64,000 nucleotides of DNA. Source: Laetmonice hystrix. Its lineage: Eukaryota. The notes under the pieces were generated by a model that was not told the DNA's origin, did not search any database, and saw nothing but the letters and a program-made list of their open reading frames with translations. Positions 12,791-25,119 of the stretch are shown here, one piece after another (the stretch's first letter is position 1; the number at the start of each line of letters is the position of its first letter). The position numbers and the translations under genes were made by a program. The stretch is from the NCBI GenBank assembly GCA_965235115.1, contig OZ249452.1, positions 13,516,001 through 13,580,000 of the forward strand, read 5' to 3'.

Positions 12791-13399
12791 ATGATGCCTT
12801 TTAAAGGTGCCTTTTAGCTTGCTTTTTTAAATGTATTCCCTCTTAGGGAGAATTTCTGGTAAATCCACATTCTCAAAAGCGGTGGTGCATTTTCAGATAT
12901 CCTTGTAAAATGTCCAGTGTTTCACTCACCTAGTTCTATGTGGACAGGACATGTAGCATCGTACTTTGCTTGCAGCCTCTATTCTTTTTTAAAAAAATCG
13001 GTTTCTCGGTTCCACCATCTGATGTTATCAGATGCCCTGAATACTCAGGGATTGTATGCTTACTCCTGTCTTTTCGTGAAAGGTCTCACACAGTCGTTGG
13101 TTCCTTTCAGGAAAGAACCCATGCTCCTATATCATCGGACAACTACAAATCTAATCTTGGAGCATATCAAAAATTGATTATTTTGGCTAATTTTAAATTA
13201 AAACGGAAGTGCTAATTCTAAAAAAAAATTCAGAATTACTAAATGTACACAAGAGGCATGTAACTGACCTCTTTTTGGCTTTCAGTTGATATATTGCTAG
13301 CTTGAAACACTCAGCCCCTGCTTCTGCATTGGATTGCAAACCCATCTGTGGCACCACACATGGGTTTGGGTCCTACCAAGACCATTTCGGTCATAGAGT

Positions 13400-15340
13400 C
13401 CAGCCAGCCATAGCATGGGGGTTGAAAGGGGGGGGTGGATGAGGGGTAAAAGTAATGTCTGAGGACCAATCGGCCATAGCATGGGGATTGGGAAGGGGGA
13501 GGGCATTGGCTGAGTGGTTAGGGGTAATGTCAGAGGACAAGCCAGCCATATCATAGGGGTTGGGAAGGGGGGAGGGCATTGGCTGAGTGGTTAGGGGTAA
13601 TGTCTGAGGACAAGCCAGCCATATCATAGGGGTTGGGAAGGGGGGAGGGCATTGGCTGAGTGGTTAGGGGTAATGTCAGAGGACAAGCCAGCCATATCAT
13701 AGGGATTGGGAAGGGGGGGGGGGGCATTGGCTGAGTGGTTAGGGGTAATGTCAGAGGACAAGCCAGCCATATCATGGGGGTTGGGAAGGGGGGAGGGCCT
13801 GAGTGGTTAGGGGTAATGTCTGAGGACGAGTCAGTCATATCATGGGGATTGGGAAGGAGGGTGGGGGAGGTGTTGGCTTGGTTGGAGGTAATGTCTGAAG
13901 GCCCAGCATCCCCCGTATGGAGCCCGGAGAAAAATAGGCACCATATATTATCACATAACAACTGAATACACCATTGAATAACCAGGGTGGCCACAGCACA
14001 GGGGAAAAAGAGGGGAAATGGCAACAACCAAAATCAGGGATCAAAGATCAAGTAAAAACTTAGACACATGCTCCAGGATGTCTAGTGGGGCAGTGCAAAC
14101 ACAGGGAATTTGAAAATGAATTTTGTGTGACCCTGACAACATTCACCATCACAGAATCATAGAGTCTCCCCCATTGGCTGTTCCTAGTCATTCCGTTTGG
14201 GGCCCGGAGAAAAATAGGCCCCATAAATAACCACAGCCACCATCAAAGCATCATTCACTCTCGTTCACTGGCAGTTCACACTCATCCCGTTTGGGGCCCG
14301 GAGAAAAATAGGCCCCATAATTGATCACAGTACCTACAACATGTAACAACTTTCACCCTCCAAAACATAATAAATATTCCAGCCAGCCATATAATAGGGA
14401 TTGGGAAGGGGGAGGGTGTTGGCTGAGTGGTTAGGGGTAATGTCTGAGGACAAGTCAGCCATATCATAGGGGTTGGGAAGGGGGCATTGGTTGAGTGGTT
14501 AGGGGTAATGTCTGAGGACAAGTCAGCCATATCATGGGGATTGGGAAGGGGGCATTGGCTGAGTGGTTAGGGGTAATGTCTGAGGACAAGTCAGCCATAT
14601 CATGGGGATTGGGAAGGGGGCATTGGGTTAGCAATAATGTCTGAGGACAAGTCAGCCATACCATGGGGATTGAGAATGGGAAGGGGGCATTGGCTGAGTG
14701 GTTAGGGGTAATGTCTGAGGACAAGTCAGCCATATCATGGGGATTGGGAATGGGAAGGGGGCATTGGCTGAGTGGTTAGGGGTAATGTCTGAGGACAAGT
14801 CAGCCATATCATGGGGATTGGGAAGGGGGGAAGGTGTTGGCCGAGTGGTTGGAGGTAATGTCTGAAGGCCCAGCATCCCCCGTATGGAGCCCGGGGAAAA
14901 ATAGGCACCATATATTATCACACAACACTAAATACATCATTGAATAACCAGGGTGGCCACAGCACAGGGGAAAAAGAGGGGAAATGGCAACAACCAAAAT
15001 CAGGGATCAAAGATCAAGAAAAAAGTTAGACACGTGCTCTAGGATGTCTAGTGGGGCAGTGCAAACACAGGGAATTTGAAAATGAAATTTGTGTGACCCT
15101 GACAACATTCACCATCAAAGAATCATACAGTCTCCCCCATTGGCTGTTCCTAGTCATTCCGTTTGGGGCCCGGAGAAAAATAGGCCCCATAATTGATCAC
15201 TGAGTGGTTAGAGGTAAGGTCTGAGGTCTAATCAGCCATATCATGGGGATTGGGAAGAGGGGAGGGTGTTGGCTGAGTGGTTAGAGGTAATGTCTGAGGT
15301 CCAGCCAGCCATATCATGGGGAGTGAGAAGAGGGGAGGGT
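13400..15340. repeat. Composite satellite: ~66-73-bp G-rich tandem units plus a ~370-bp duplicated segment
   Basis: Unit ATATCATGGGGATTGGGAAGGGG(n)CATTGGCTGAGTGGTTAGGGGTAATGTCTGAGGACAAG(C/T)CAGCC occurs in arrays at ~13470-13860 and ~14385-14830, with scattered copies to 15340. Segment ~13866-14228 is repeated at ~14831-15193. Confidence 0.9.
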
Positions 15341-15843
15341 TCGGATCATCTTCATCATCATTGTCATCATCATCATTCCAAGAAAGTTGATCCTGTCGTC
15401 TTCATCTTCATCATTATCATCCCACATCATAATTAAACTTTTGATCTTTGGCTGTCCCCAGTCATCCCGTCATGGGTCCGGGAAATAGTATACCCCATGA
15501 TTTAAACAACATTTAAACCATCATTTACCAACATTAACAAACATCATATGACATATTTGAAGGTAACTTTTCAGACTGCACTCTGATAGTATTTGTGCAG
15601 CAGATTAGAGGCAATTGTTTATTATTAGTTAGTTTATTATAAGTGAATTTCTTCATTTATCATAGTTATGCAAGGACACACCGTTTATTTTAGCAAAAGG
15701 TCACAGTAATTCGCCACTTGCTGAATTTGCAGTGAAAATATTTTTAGACTATCGTTTTAGATTTCTTGCTATTTTTGTGATAAAGCTTTAAATTGTAAAA
15801 TATATTGCCTTTTTAGCCTACTTGACATCTGAAATTGGATAGA

Positions 15844-16246
15844 CAGTGGTGGGAGAACCAATCCTTGACTATAAATTTTCATAAGATGTAAAAAGGGGGT
15901 CAGGGGTGTCCAGGGGGGTTGTATGACGTTCATAAGGTGATGTCAGCCGCCATCTGCCAGCCGCACCTCGTCGTCGCCGCTCGACCTGCAAACCGTTTGC
16001 TGTTCGCGTCTCGCCGTTTGCGATTCACCGTTCGCTGTTCGTGTTTGCGTCTCACCGTTTGCGATTCGCCGTTCGCCGTTTGCGACTTGCCGTTCGCCGC
16101 TCGACCCGCTTGGCAGGTGCTGACTGGGCAATGGCAAGTAAATGTCACTTTTTAAACGTCATGGAACCCCCCGGGCCACCTGTTTACTAATTATTTTCAC
16201 CAATTATGTTACAAAATTTGTGGGAGGGGATTGGTTCTCCACACTG
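15844..16246. mobile_element. MITE-like element (CAGTG...GGAGAACCAATCC ends) with internal (TTCGCCG/TTTGCGA)n repeats
   Basis: CAGTGGTGGGAGAACCAATCC at 15844; GGATTGGTTCTCCACACTG ends at 16246. No clean TSD. Confidence 0.55.
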
Positions 16247-16589
16247 ATACTAAAAAATGATACTAGTATAGGGACATAGGAAGCAGACAAAAAGTGGGAA
16301 GGGGGCAAAAGAAATCTTAAGAAAAATAAAAAAACACAAGCAAAAAAATAATAAGCAAAACAAAAACAGGGAAAAATCCAACAAAGATAAGGAAAAGATC
16401 AGTCTGATGAAAAACAATATGTCATTAGAAAGTATAAACTTTATTTAAGTCGTTTTCATCATGATCATGATCAATGGAACTTAATGGAAGCCATCAGTTT
16501 TCATCATACCATACAGGGATTTGGGAGTGTTGACTGCTGCGGTATGAGCCAATGCCTGGGGACCAGTCACCATTTGAATCGTCGTCATC

Positions 16590-18860
16590 ATCATTGTCAT
16601 CACCCGTAGGGCCCGGGTAACAATAGGCCCCATCATTTTCATCATCATTATCGTCATTATCATCACCCGTAGGGCCCGGGTAACAATAAGCCCCATCATT
16701 TTCATCATCAATATGTTCATTATCATCACCCGTGGGGCCCGGGTAACAATAGGCCTCATCATTTTCATCATCATTATCTTCGCCATCATCACCCGTAGGG
16801 CCCGGGTAACGAAAGGCCCCATCATTTTCATCATTCTATGGGGGGAGGCTGTAATCTCTTGTATCAGTATGTGGGTGGATCGGATGGCTATAAGGGGTGA
16901 TGAGGAGGCCATTTGATTAAACAGAATTGATGAAATATCGTGAATTGTCAGGGAATTTAAAACATCACCCGTGAGGCCCAGGTAACAATAGGCCCCATCA
17001 TTTTCATCATCATTATCTTCATTATCATCACCCGTGGGGCCCGGGTAACAATAGGCCCCATCATTTTCATCATTCTATGGGGGAGGCTGTAATCTCTTGT
17101 ATCAGTATGTGGGTGGATCGGATGGCTATAAGGGGTGATGAGGAGGCCATTTGATTAAACAGAATCAGGGAAATATGGTGAATTGTCAGGGAATTTAAAA
17201 CATCACCCGTGGGGCCCGGGTAACAATAGGCCCCATCATTTTCGCCATTGTATGGGGGAGGCTGTAATCTCTTGTATCAGTATGTGGGTGGATCGGATGG
17301 CTATAAGGGGTGATGAGGAGGCCATTTAGTTAAACAGAATCAGGGAAATATGGTGAATTGTCAGGGAATTTTAAACATCACCCGTAGGGCCCGGGTAACG
17401 ATAGGCCCCATCATTTTTATCATTCTATGGGGGAAGGCTGTAATCTCTTGTATCAGTATGTGGGTGGATCGGATGGCTATAAGGGGTGATGAGGAGGCCA
17501 TTTGATTAAACAGAATTAGGGAAATATGGTGAATTGTCAGGGAATTTAAAACATCACCCGTGGGGCCCGGGGAACAATAGGTCCCATCATTTTCATCATC
17601 GTTATCATTATCATCATCATCTAGGGGCTCAGGAAACGATAGGCCCCATCATTTTCATCATTCTATGGGGGGAGACTGTAGTCTCTTGTATCAGTATGTG
17701 GGTGGATCGGATGGCTATAAGGGGTGATGAGGAGGCCATTTGATTAAACAGAATCAGGGAAATATGGTGAATTGTCAGGGAATTTAAAACATCACCCGTG
17801 GGGCCCGGGTAACGATAGGCCCCATCATTTTCATCATCGTTATTATTATCATCATCATTTAATGGCCCAGGTAACGATAGGCCCCATCATTTTCATCATT
17901 ATCATTATTATCATCATTTAGGGGCCCAGGTAACGAAAGGCCCCATCATTTTCATCATTATCATTATGATCATCATCTAGGGGCCCAGGTAACGAAAGGC
18001 CCCATCATTTTCATCATTATCATTATGATCATCATCTAGGGGCCCAGGTAACGATAGGCCCCATCATTTTCATCGTTATTATTATTATCATCATCTAGGG
18101 GCCCAGGTAACGATAGGCCCATCATTTTCATCATCGACATCATTATCATCATCATCTAGGGGCCCAGGTAACGATAGGCCCATCATTTTCATCATCGCCA
18201 TCATTATCATCATCATTTAGGGGCCCGGGTAACGATAGACCCCATCATTTTCATCATTATCATTATTATCATCATTTAGGGGCCCAGGTAACGAAAGGCC
18301 CCATCATTTTCATCATTATCATTATGATCATCATCTAGGGGCCCAGGTAACGAAAGGCCCCATCATTTTCATCATTATCATTATGATCATCATCTAGGGG
18401 CCCAGGTAACGATAGGCCCCATTATTTTCATCATCGTTATCATTATCATCATCATCTAGGGGCTCAGGAAACGATAGGCCCCATCATTTTCATCGTTATC
18501 ATCATCATCATCATTTAGGGGCCCAGGTAACGATAGGCCCCATTATTTTCATCATCGTTATCATCGCCATCATCATTTAGGGGCCCAGGTAACGAAAGGC
18601 CCCATCATTTTCATCGTTATCATCATCATCATCATTTAGGGGCCCAGGTAACGATAGGTCCCATCATTGTCATCATCGTTATCATGATCATCATCATCTA
18701 GGGGCCCGGGTAACGATAGGCCCCATCATTTTCATCATCCTGTGGGGGGAGGTTGTAATCTCTTGTATATGTGGGTGGATCGGATGGCTATAAGGGGTGA
18801 TGAGGAGGCCATTTGATTAAACGGAATCAGGGAAATATGGTGAAATGTCGGGGAATTTAA
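16590..18860. repeat. Composite satellite: 59-63-bp hairpin units (GGGGCC-N12-GGCCCC plus an (ATC/ATT)n tract) interspersed with ~175-240-bp higher-order units
   Basis: About 4 hairpin units at 16600-16830 and ~15 at 17800-18735. Five larger units containing GTATCAGTATGTGGGTGGATCGG lie at 16830-17780, and a sixth variant at ~18740-18860. Confidence 0.9.
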
Positions 18861-19667
18861 AATGCAAAGCCTGTGAACACCCTGGGGTTGAGTAATAGGA
18901 GGGTGGCAAGACGGCAAGAAGAGGTGATGTTCTCTAGAGGTGAGGCGCGCTCATACAGATAACTTGGTCGATGGAACAAAAAGTTTTGTACGTTGTCACG
19001 TAAGTATGAGGGTTCAAAAGATTGACATGTCTAAATTAACCGATTGTTATTTTTTGTATCCTTGAATTCTATCTAAATACACAAAACTTTTATGATTGAT
19101 GGGTGATGGTTACATACATATTAAAACGTTTAATAGATATATAGTATGATCTTGGAGTGTGTTTTTAGTGAGACTTGCTCTAAGTCGGGCCAAGGTGACA
19201 AGTTCTGGAGTGGACGTGATCGAGGCAGTCATCTGGGAACGCGACCGGCACGAAAGAAGGATCAAGAAATTTATGAGCCTTTTGGCCAGGAGCAAAATTA
19301 GTCTTACGCCAAAAGTGTTTGGCTAGTTGTTTTTTTTTTTTGTTGTTGTTGTTTTTGTGTGGGGGGGGGGGGGGCATGTACTAGGACCCCTGCTCTAGTT
19401 CTAGTAGACTATATTAGTCCCGTAAAAATCAATTCTAGGTCTGAAGTCAATGTCAGTAATCATATTGGTGACAATGTGGTTGTGGCAAGAATATTAGGAT
19501 GGGACATATCCCAATATTCTTGCTTGAAGGTTCAGGTTTGATTGGTCGTAGGCCGTGTTTTCAATGTGTAGGGATCAGCTCAGCTCACAGCGAAGGTCAG
19601 GTTTGAACGTGGACATTGTGTAGGATTTAGTTAATGTCGTAGAAATAGATTTTTTCAGAATCGTGTT

Positions 19668-19949
19668 CAGGGCCGGATCCAAGGGGGGCGTGGGGGGCGT
19701 ACGCCCCTCCTATTTTTGGCAGAGTAATGATTTTCTGAGACTGGAATTTTACCAGTACTTTGCCCCCTGAAAAAAAGGAGCAGTTCTTTTCTCAGATGCC
19801 AGGAAAATGCATCTGACAAACATGAATTTTCAAATTTTTCTGGGGGAGGTCCACCAGACCCCCCCTGGGGCTTTGCGCCGTCGGCGCTCGCAATCTTCTC
19901 CAGGGGCTGCGCCCCCCCCCCCTTTCTAAGAATCCTGGATCCGGCCCTG
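19668..19949. mobile_element. hAT-like MITE with CAGGGCCGGATCC ends and 5-bp TSD GTGTT
   Basis: GTGTT|CAGGGCCGGATCC...GGATCCGGCCCTG|GTGTT (19663-19667, 19950-19954). Confidence 0.75.
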
Positions 19950-21621
19950 GTGTTGCAGGTTGTGAAAGGAATTTAGTGTTAGAGTAAGGGCAGCAAGAGG
20001 TCAGGTGGGGAGTTCGGTGCTTAGTTTCAAATTTAGAGGGCTCTGAGTTATGTTTTAGTCGATTAGGGTATTGGTGGCTTAATTAGTGTCATCTTCATGA
20101 CTATTGACATTGACAGAATCATTTGAAAACGCAACATTCTAGCAATCAGATTTTAATAAAAATTAAGGCTTTCTTCTAGGATAATCTTTACAGATTTAAA
20201 AACCAGGAGGACCGCTTTTGCTAGATGCCCCCCCCCCTTGCTAGATGACCCCCTTGCTAGATGACCCCCCCCCCTCTTGATAGATGAGCCCTTTTGCTAG
20301 ATGACCCCTTTTGACGCCATCTCCAAAATCATGTAGGCCTATCAGTACTTGTACGAAACTGAACATAATTATGTACGCCCATATAATACGTTTACATGTA
20401 CATAGAACACAATATGGACAATAAATCGATACAATAACTGTGTTAAAGTCTGATATCTAGATAGATTTAATAAAAACATGTTTACAAAATTATGATGCAG
20501 TGGTATAATTATGAAAAACTAAAACTGCTTTTAATTATCGAATAAAGTTCTGTAACATCTTAAAAGTTTATTCACATTACCTAGTCATTCAAAACTTTTT
20601 TCAGGGGTAGGCCTAGTATTGTCTTAATCGAGAGATATTTATCATTCCGTCATTTCAGAGGAAAATCCTACGTCTCGAAGAGCTCTGTGTGTCGGTCTTG
20701 CGTACATAATTATATTTAGAAACGGTCAAAGGAAAGATTAATAATTGGTAGAGGTGTAACCAAATTAAAACGTGGCTCCAAATGTACAACATTCAGCTGG
20801 CCGTCCACCTGGCGGGAACAAATTGAAGCTTTATCCTATGAGATCTCTCCAGTTAACCCGGTGGGCGACAGGTGGCGCCCCAGGTAGGCCTGCGTGACGA
20901 GTTAATGTAATGGGGCTTACAGCACGTAGTACCTACGCATATATATTTTTTTAGATCTATTGAGGGAGGGCCATACACAATATTTCAAAGGAATGAAGGC
21001 CATTATTATGTTGTGTTTCCGACATTAAATAAAGGCCTATATTAAGTCAGTTCTCTTTAAAATGATGTCAGAGAGCGTGCATGCGTGTAGCCGTGTGTGG
21101 CTTTGTGATATAGCCTCAACGTTATAGACTGAAGTTGGAGAGAAACTGTGATGGTACCCCAGCTATAGACGTCCCTAACCTTGCACAGCACATTATAGAC
21201 GCCCGGAGGACCAGCTATATAAGCTAGACCTGGTAATAACATCGCTAAAACGGAAAGTCATCCAGTGTACATTTTACAGACAAATAAATCTATTTTATAC
21301 CGTATTTAATTCTTCATATCGTTTATCCTATGCCTAAAACTTTCCATTTCTGAAGGCTATACTCATTCGCCAATGCGAAAAAGGGGTGAAAAGGACAAAA
21401 TTATGATAGGCCATATAAATTTAATGAAAAAAAGGGGCCTCATAGGCCTATAGATAACCTTTTTCTTCTATTACTTTTTTCCCTTGCAATTTTTATAACG
21501 ATTTGCTCCAGTAGGCCTACAATCTATAGGCCTACTAGGCCTACCTTTCGCCCACACTTGCCTATAGGCCTAAGATATCGACCTATAGTAGGCCTATGCA
21601 TCCCTCATGTCATAAGTTTAA

Positions 21622-22159
21622 AGGGGCATATTATGAGGAAACGTGGAAAATCGGTATTTCAAAGAACTTTTGCTGTTTTCATCAAGAGGTCCTTCATTAA
21701 TATTGCTTGGTAAACAAAGACATCAGTTATCAGTTTCATTTTGCGTGAGAAATCGAAGTTTATGAAGCTCCCTTGCCCGCTTTTCTGCCGATTTCGTAAA
21801 ATATTTTTTGGGTGGCATTCTGATGCCGGACGATCGAGTGCAACTGCTGAATTGTTTACAACTAATCGAAGCACGTGACTAATCACATGCAGAGAGTGCA
21901 CACGCAGGATGTGACACAGTATGCAATTACACGGGTTGATGCGAGGTTGTCTATAGCAAATTATGGCGGGAGATGTGCTATCGGGAGAAATCTATAGGTT
22001 TAGTCGTAGGGCCTATAGAATCTACTTGTGCTGCATACGCAGCGAAAACACGTCGGAGGACAAAATGCTGTGGTAGGATTATTTACTTGGATCCCTAGTA
22101 CACGATCATGTTGGATAATTGCCGGAAATCTAAAAAAACGTGTTTCATAGCATGCCCCT
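21622..22159. mobile_element. Kolobok-like non-autonomous element, copy 2 (TTAA TSD)
   Basis: TTAA|AGGGGCATATTATGA...TCATAGCATGCCCCT|TTAA. Same orientation and internal sequence as 6375-6909. Confidence 0.8.
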
Positions 22160-22849
22160 TTAAATTAATAATTTCATTTGGAAAGTTCTTCTTCAAAGTG
22201 TTGGGGGCACAAATAGCCATAGATCTATTCAGACACAGCCAGAAGTGTAGGCCTAAGAAACCTAGACCAAAGATCAGGAGGCTTTGCCTAGACTTTTTTT
22301 TCTACCTGTCAACTCTGGAAAATGTCAGAAAGGGAGATTTTTTTTCGGAGGAACGAAACATGAATGTGCAACCCACTCTCGAGAGCGCGGTGCAGTTTCT
22401 TTTTCTTTAGTTCTTATTAATTAAATAATTACGTAATTAACTAATTAATTGATTTATTGCACAGTATGTAAAACAGTAAAAAAATCCAGCCAGAGTTTCA
22501 TCGAAGTTCATTATTTATTTGATCCTGTGGACCTGGTTATAGGCCTAGAAGTAAGTGGCACTCTTTGCAGTTTTGAGTTCATCTTTTGTAGGTTTGAAGT
22601 CACTGGCCTTACAATCTGAGTTGAGTTTGCAGCCAGTTCTCAGCGCCCAGGCACTCGTGAACTTTGATATTGGGATATTTTAAGTATGAATCGGGAGGTC
22701 GGGAAATAACTTTCCAAATTGGGAGACTCCCGACGATATCGGGAGAGTTGGCAGGTATCTATTCTAAGGCCCGCCCCCTCTATCCTCACAAGAATCTCAT
22801 TCATAGGTCTTTGATCCCATGCAGCTGAGTTTGGGCGCGACACAGAAAT

Positions 22850-23240
22850 AGTCCTGGGCGGGTATTAATCTCCTCTCCATTGTTGGCTGAGGTAAACAGT
22901 ACTTCCGGCGACGTTGTCAAGGTGACACAGATCATGACGGACTCTACGTCATGGTTTAATTCATTCTCTAACGTCTAATACGGGATTCAGAAGACATTCC
23001 TTTAATATTTCTTCTCTAAAAAAACAATCTTTGCTTCCAACAGGACTACACGAATCTTTTTTGATGTGCAGTTGGAAGAACTACATAAAACTGTGGCGTA
23101 ACATTATGACGTTGCTTAGCGTAACGCGTCATTCTCGCTGGAGACATTCAGCCGTAAACATCGATCGAGCAATCGTCCGTGTTTATATTCGAGAAAATCT
23201 TGTGAATTCACCGGAATGGCAAGTTTTCCTGTGGTAAGTA
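22850..23240. promoter_or_regulatory. CpG-rich putative promoter and probable non-coding first exon ending at donor 23233/23234
   Basis: CpG-enriched patch with ACTTCCGG (ETS-like), X-box-like GTTGCTTAGCGTAAC and a consensus donor CTGTG|GTAAGT, ~1.9 kb upstream of the first coding exon of the repeat-protein gene. Confidence 0.35.
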
Positions 23241-25119
23241 TTGTCCATGAATATTCCGTTATCCTATATATTTATATGAATATTGTTTATTTCGAGATTA
23301 ATTGTAATTATTCGCAATTTCACAATCCAACCCAACCCAGCGCGCAACCCCGGCCCAACCCCCCGACTTTCTTGCAGTGGATAAGGCCTAGACTCTAGAC
23401 TCTACTGAGACTTTACAGCGTCAGATTTTAGTTTTATTTCAAAACTTCAATCAACAAATGAAAGAATAGCCCAAAGTTCAAAGCATAGCAGTCGACATTT
23501 TCATCACAATCTGAATCATTTCGGGAACTTTGGAACAGTTGGAACTTTGCCAAGCCCAAGTCTTGGGGCGAGTTGGGCTTGGGTGGATCGGGCCCATTCG
23601 GCTAACCTCGGGAGTGTTCGGGAAATTCCGAGTAGCGAAGCGGAAACGGAAGTCGAGGTGTCTGCTCCAATCGGAACTTCCGAGGCCATTTCCGGTTTAG
23701 AAATTAAACCCGAGTCCGAGATGTTGGCTAGCCCTCTCGTCTCGGCTAGGCATGGGCCTCTCATCGGCTGGTTGATTACAGCAGCGATCAGAGGTTCTTC
23801 TATTAAGCCTAAGCAAAGCTTATGTAGAACTTTATGACTTAAAATCTGATGGAAATGGAGATAGTGAAAAAAAGAAGAATTAGAATAGAATTAAGTTTGG
23901 CCTGGGCTGGGGGCCCAACAAAAAAATGTTTGCTCCTGAACTGAAGAAAAAACCAATCTCTCTCAGGGAATGAGAAAAAACATACATAGCCCCCCCCCCC
24001 CTTCCCATGAAGGGGGACCCCCATCCCACCCACCCCCACCACCATCGAATGCCTAGAAAGGCCAAAGGTACCAGGAAATTAGGCCTTCCTCGGTCCCCCG
24101 GGCCCCCACCTAGCTTGAAATAGCCAGACGCCCCGATTCTCTCCCAGGGTTCACCGCGCCGGGGGGGGGGGGGGGGGGCGCTGATTTCAAGCGCGATTGA
24201 GCGGCCTCCTGAACAAAAAGAAAAAGATGGGGGAAAATTAAATATAGAACCCCCCCCCCCCCAAAAAAAAAAATAAATAAATAAAATTATTAAAAAAAAA
24301 AAAAAAAAAAGCTCTAGACCAACCTGCGACTGGGCAAGTTAAATAAGAGTACGCTAATATACAATATACTAAGATACCACTATTAATATCAGTCTTCAGT
24401 CATTATTCTGCTATTCAGGGGTGTGTCCCTCATCTATCGTTATCATGTCGTGCGTTAAAATCCCCACTGAAAATACATTGGAGTTAACGATACGACAAGC
24501 TAACGACATGATGAGGAACACCCCCCCTGCGGAGTCTGCGTCAGATCGAAGGATGGGGGGGGGGGGGGTGCTACACTAAAGCGAGTGATAAACGTCGGTT
24601 GATTTCCCTCTACTCTTAGACTTATCTCTGGAGATTAGACTTTAGTTACTTCATCGTCTTAGCACTGAAGCAGGTTGAGGCGCTGAACATTTGTTAAGCC
24701 TACTTATACCACCTACTATAAGCCTATCAATGATCAAATTCAATGTGTCTAGATAACTTTACTAATTCTCTTCAACAAATTCAAGCCTTGAAAAAAAGTC
24801 TGGATTATATTGCCCTCACGCAGTTTATAATCAAATCCAAACACCATTTTTTTCAGCTCAGACTAGTTGAAGATTCCTTGTACATCATCATGTCAATTTG
24901 ATCTTGATTTTGAAACAAATGAATCTGTCCAATTTAGTTCTTTGTGTGCATCCTTTCTCCCGTTCAGGTTTGTGGTCGAATTTTAACATTTCCAGGTACA
25001 AGTACTCTGGTAGAATATAGTTTTTCAAATCATTTTAAAGAGAATTTTTGATATTTAAAGACTTTTTTTTTCAGACTACAAAGTCGTTTCCGAACTCTGG
25101 AGTGAGCGTCAAAGACACC

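Noticed and set aside
16481-16912. Met-rich 143-aa ORF as a real protein
   Set aside because: It arises from ATG/GAT trinucleotide repeats. The alternative Asp-rich frame fits the acceptor and poly(A) signal better, and neither is proven.
17790-18740. CRISPR array (palindromic repeat with spacers)
   Set aside because: The spacers are homologous low-complexity (ATC)n tracts, the context is eukaryotic, and there are no cas genes.
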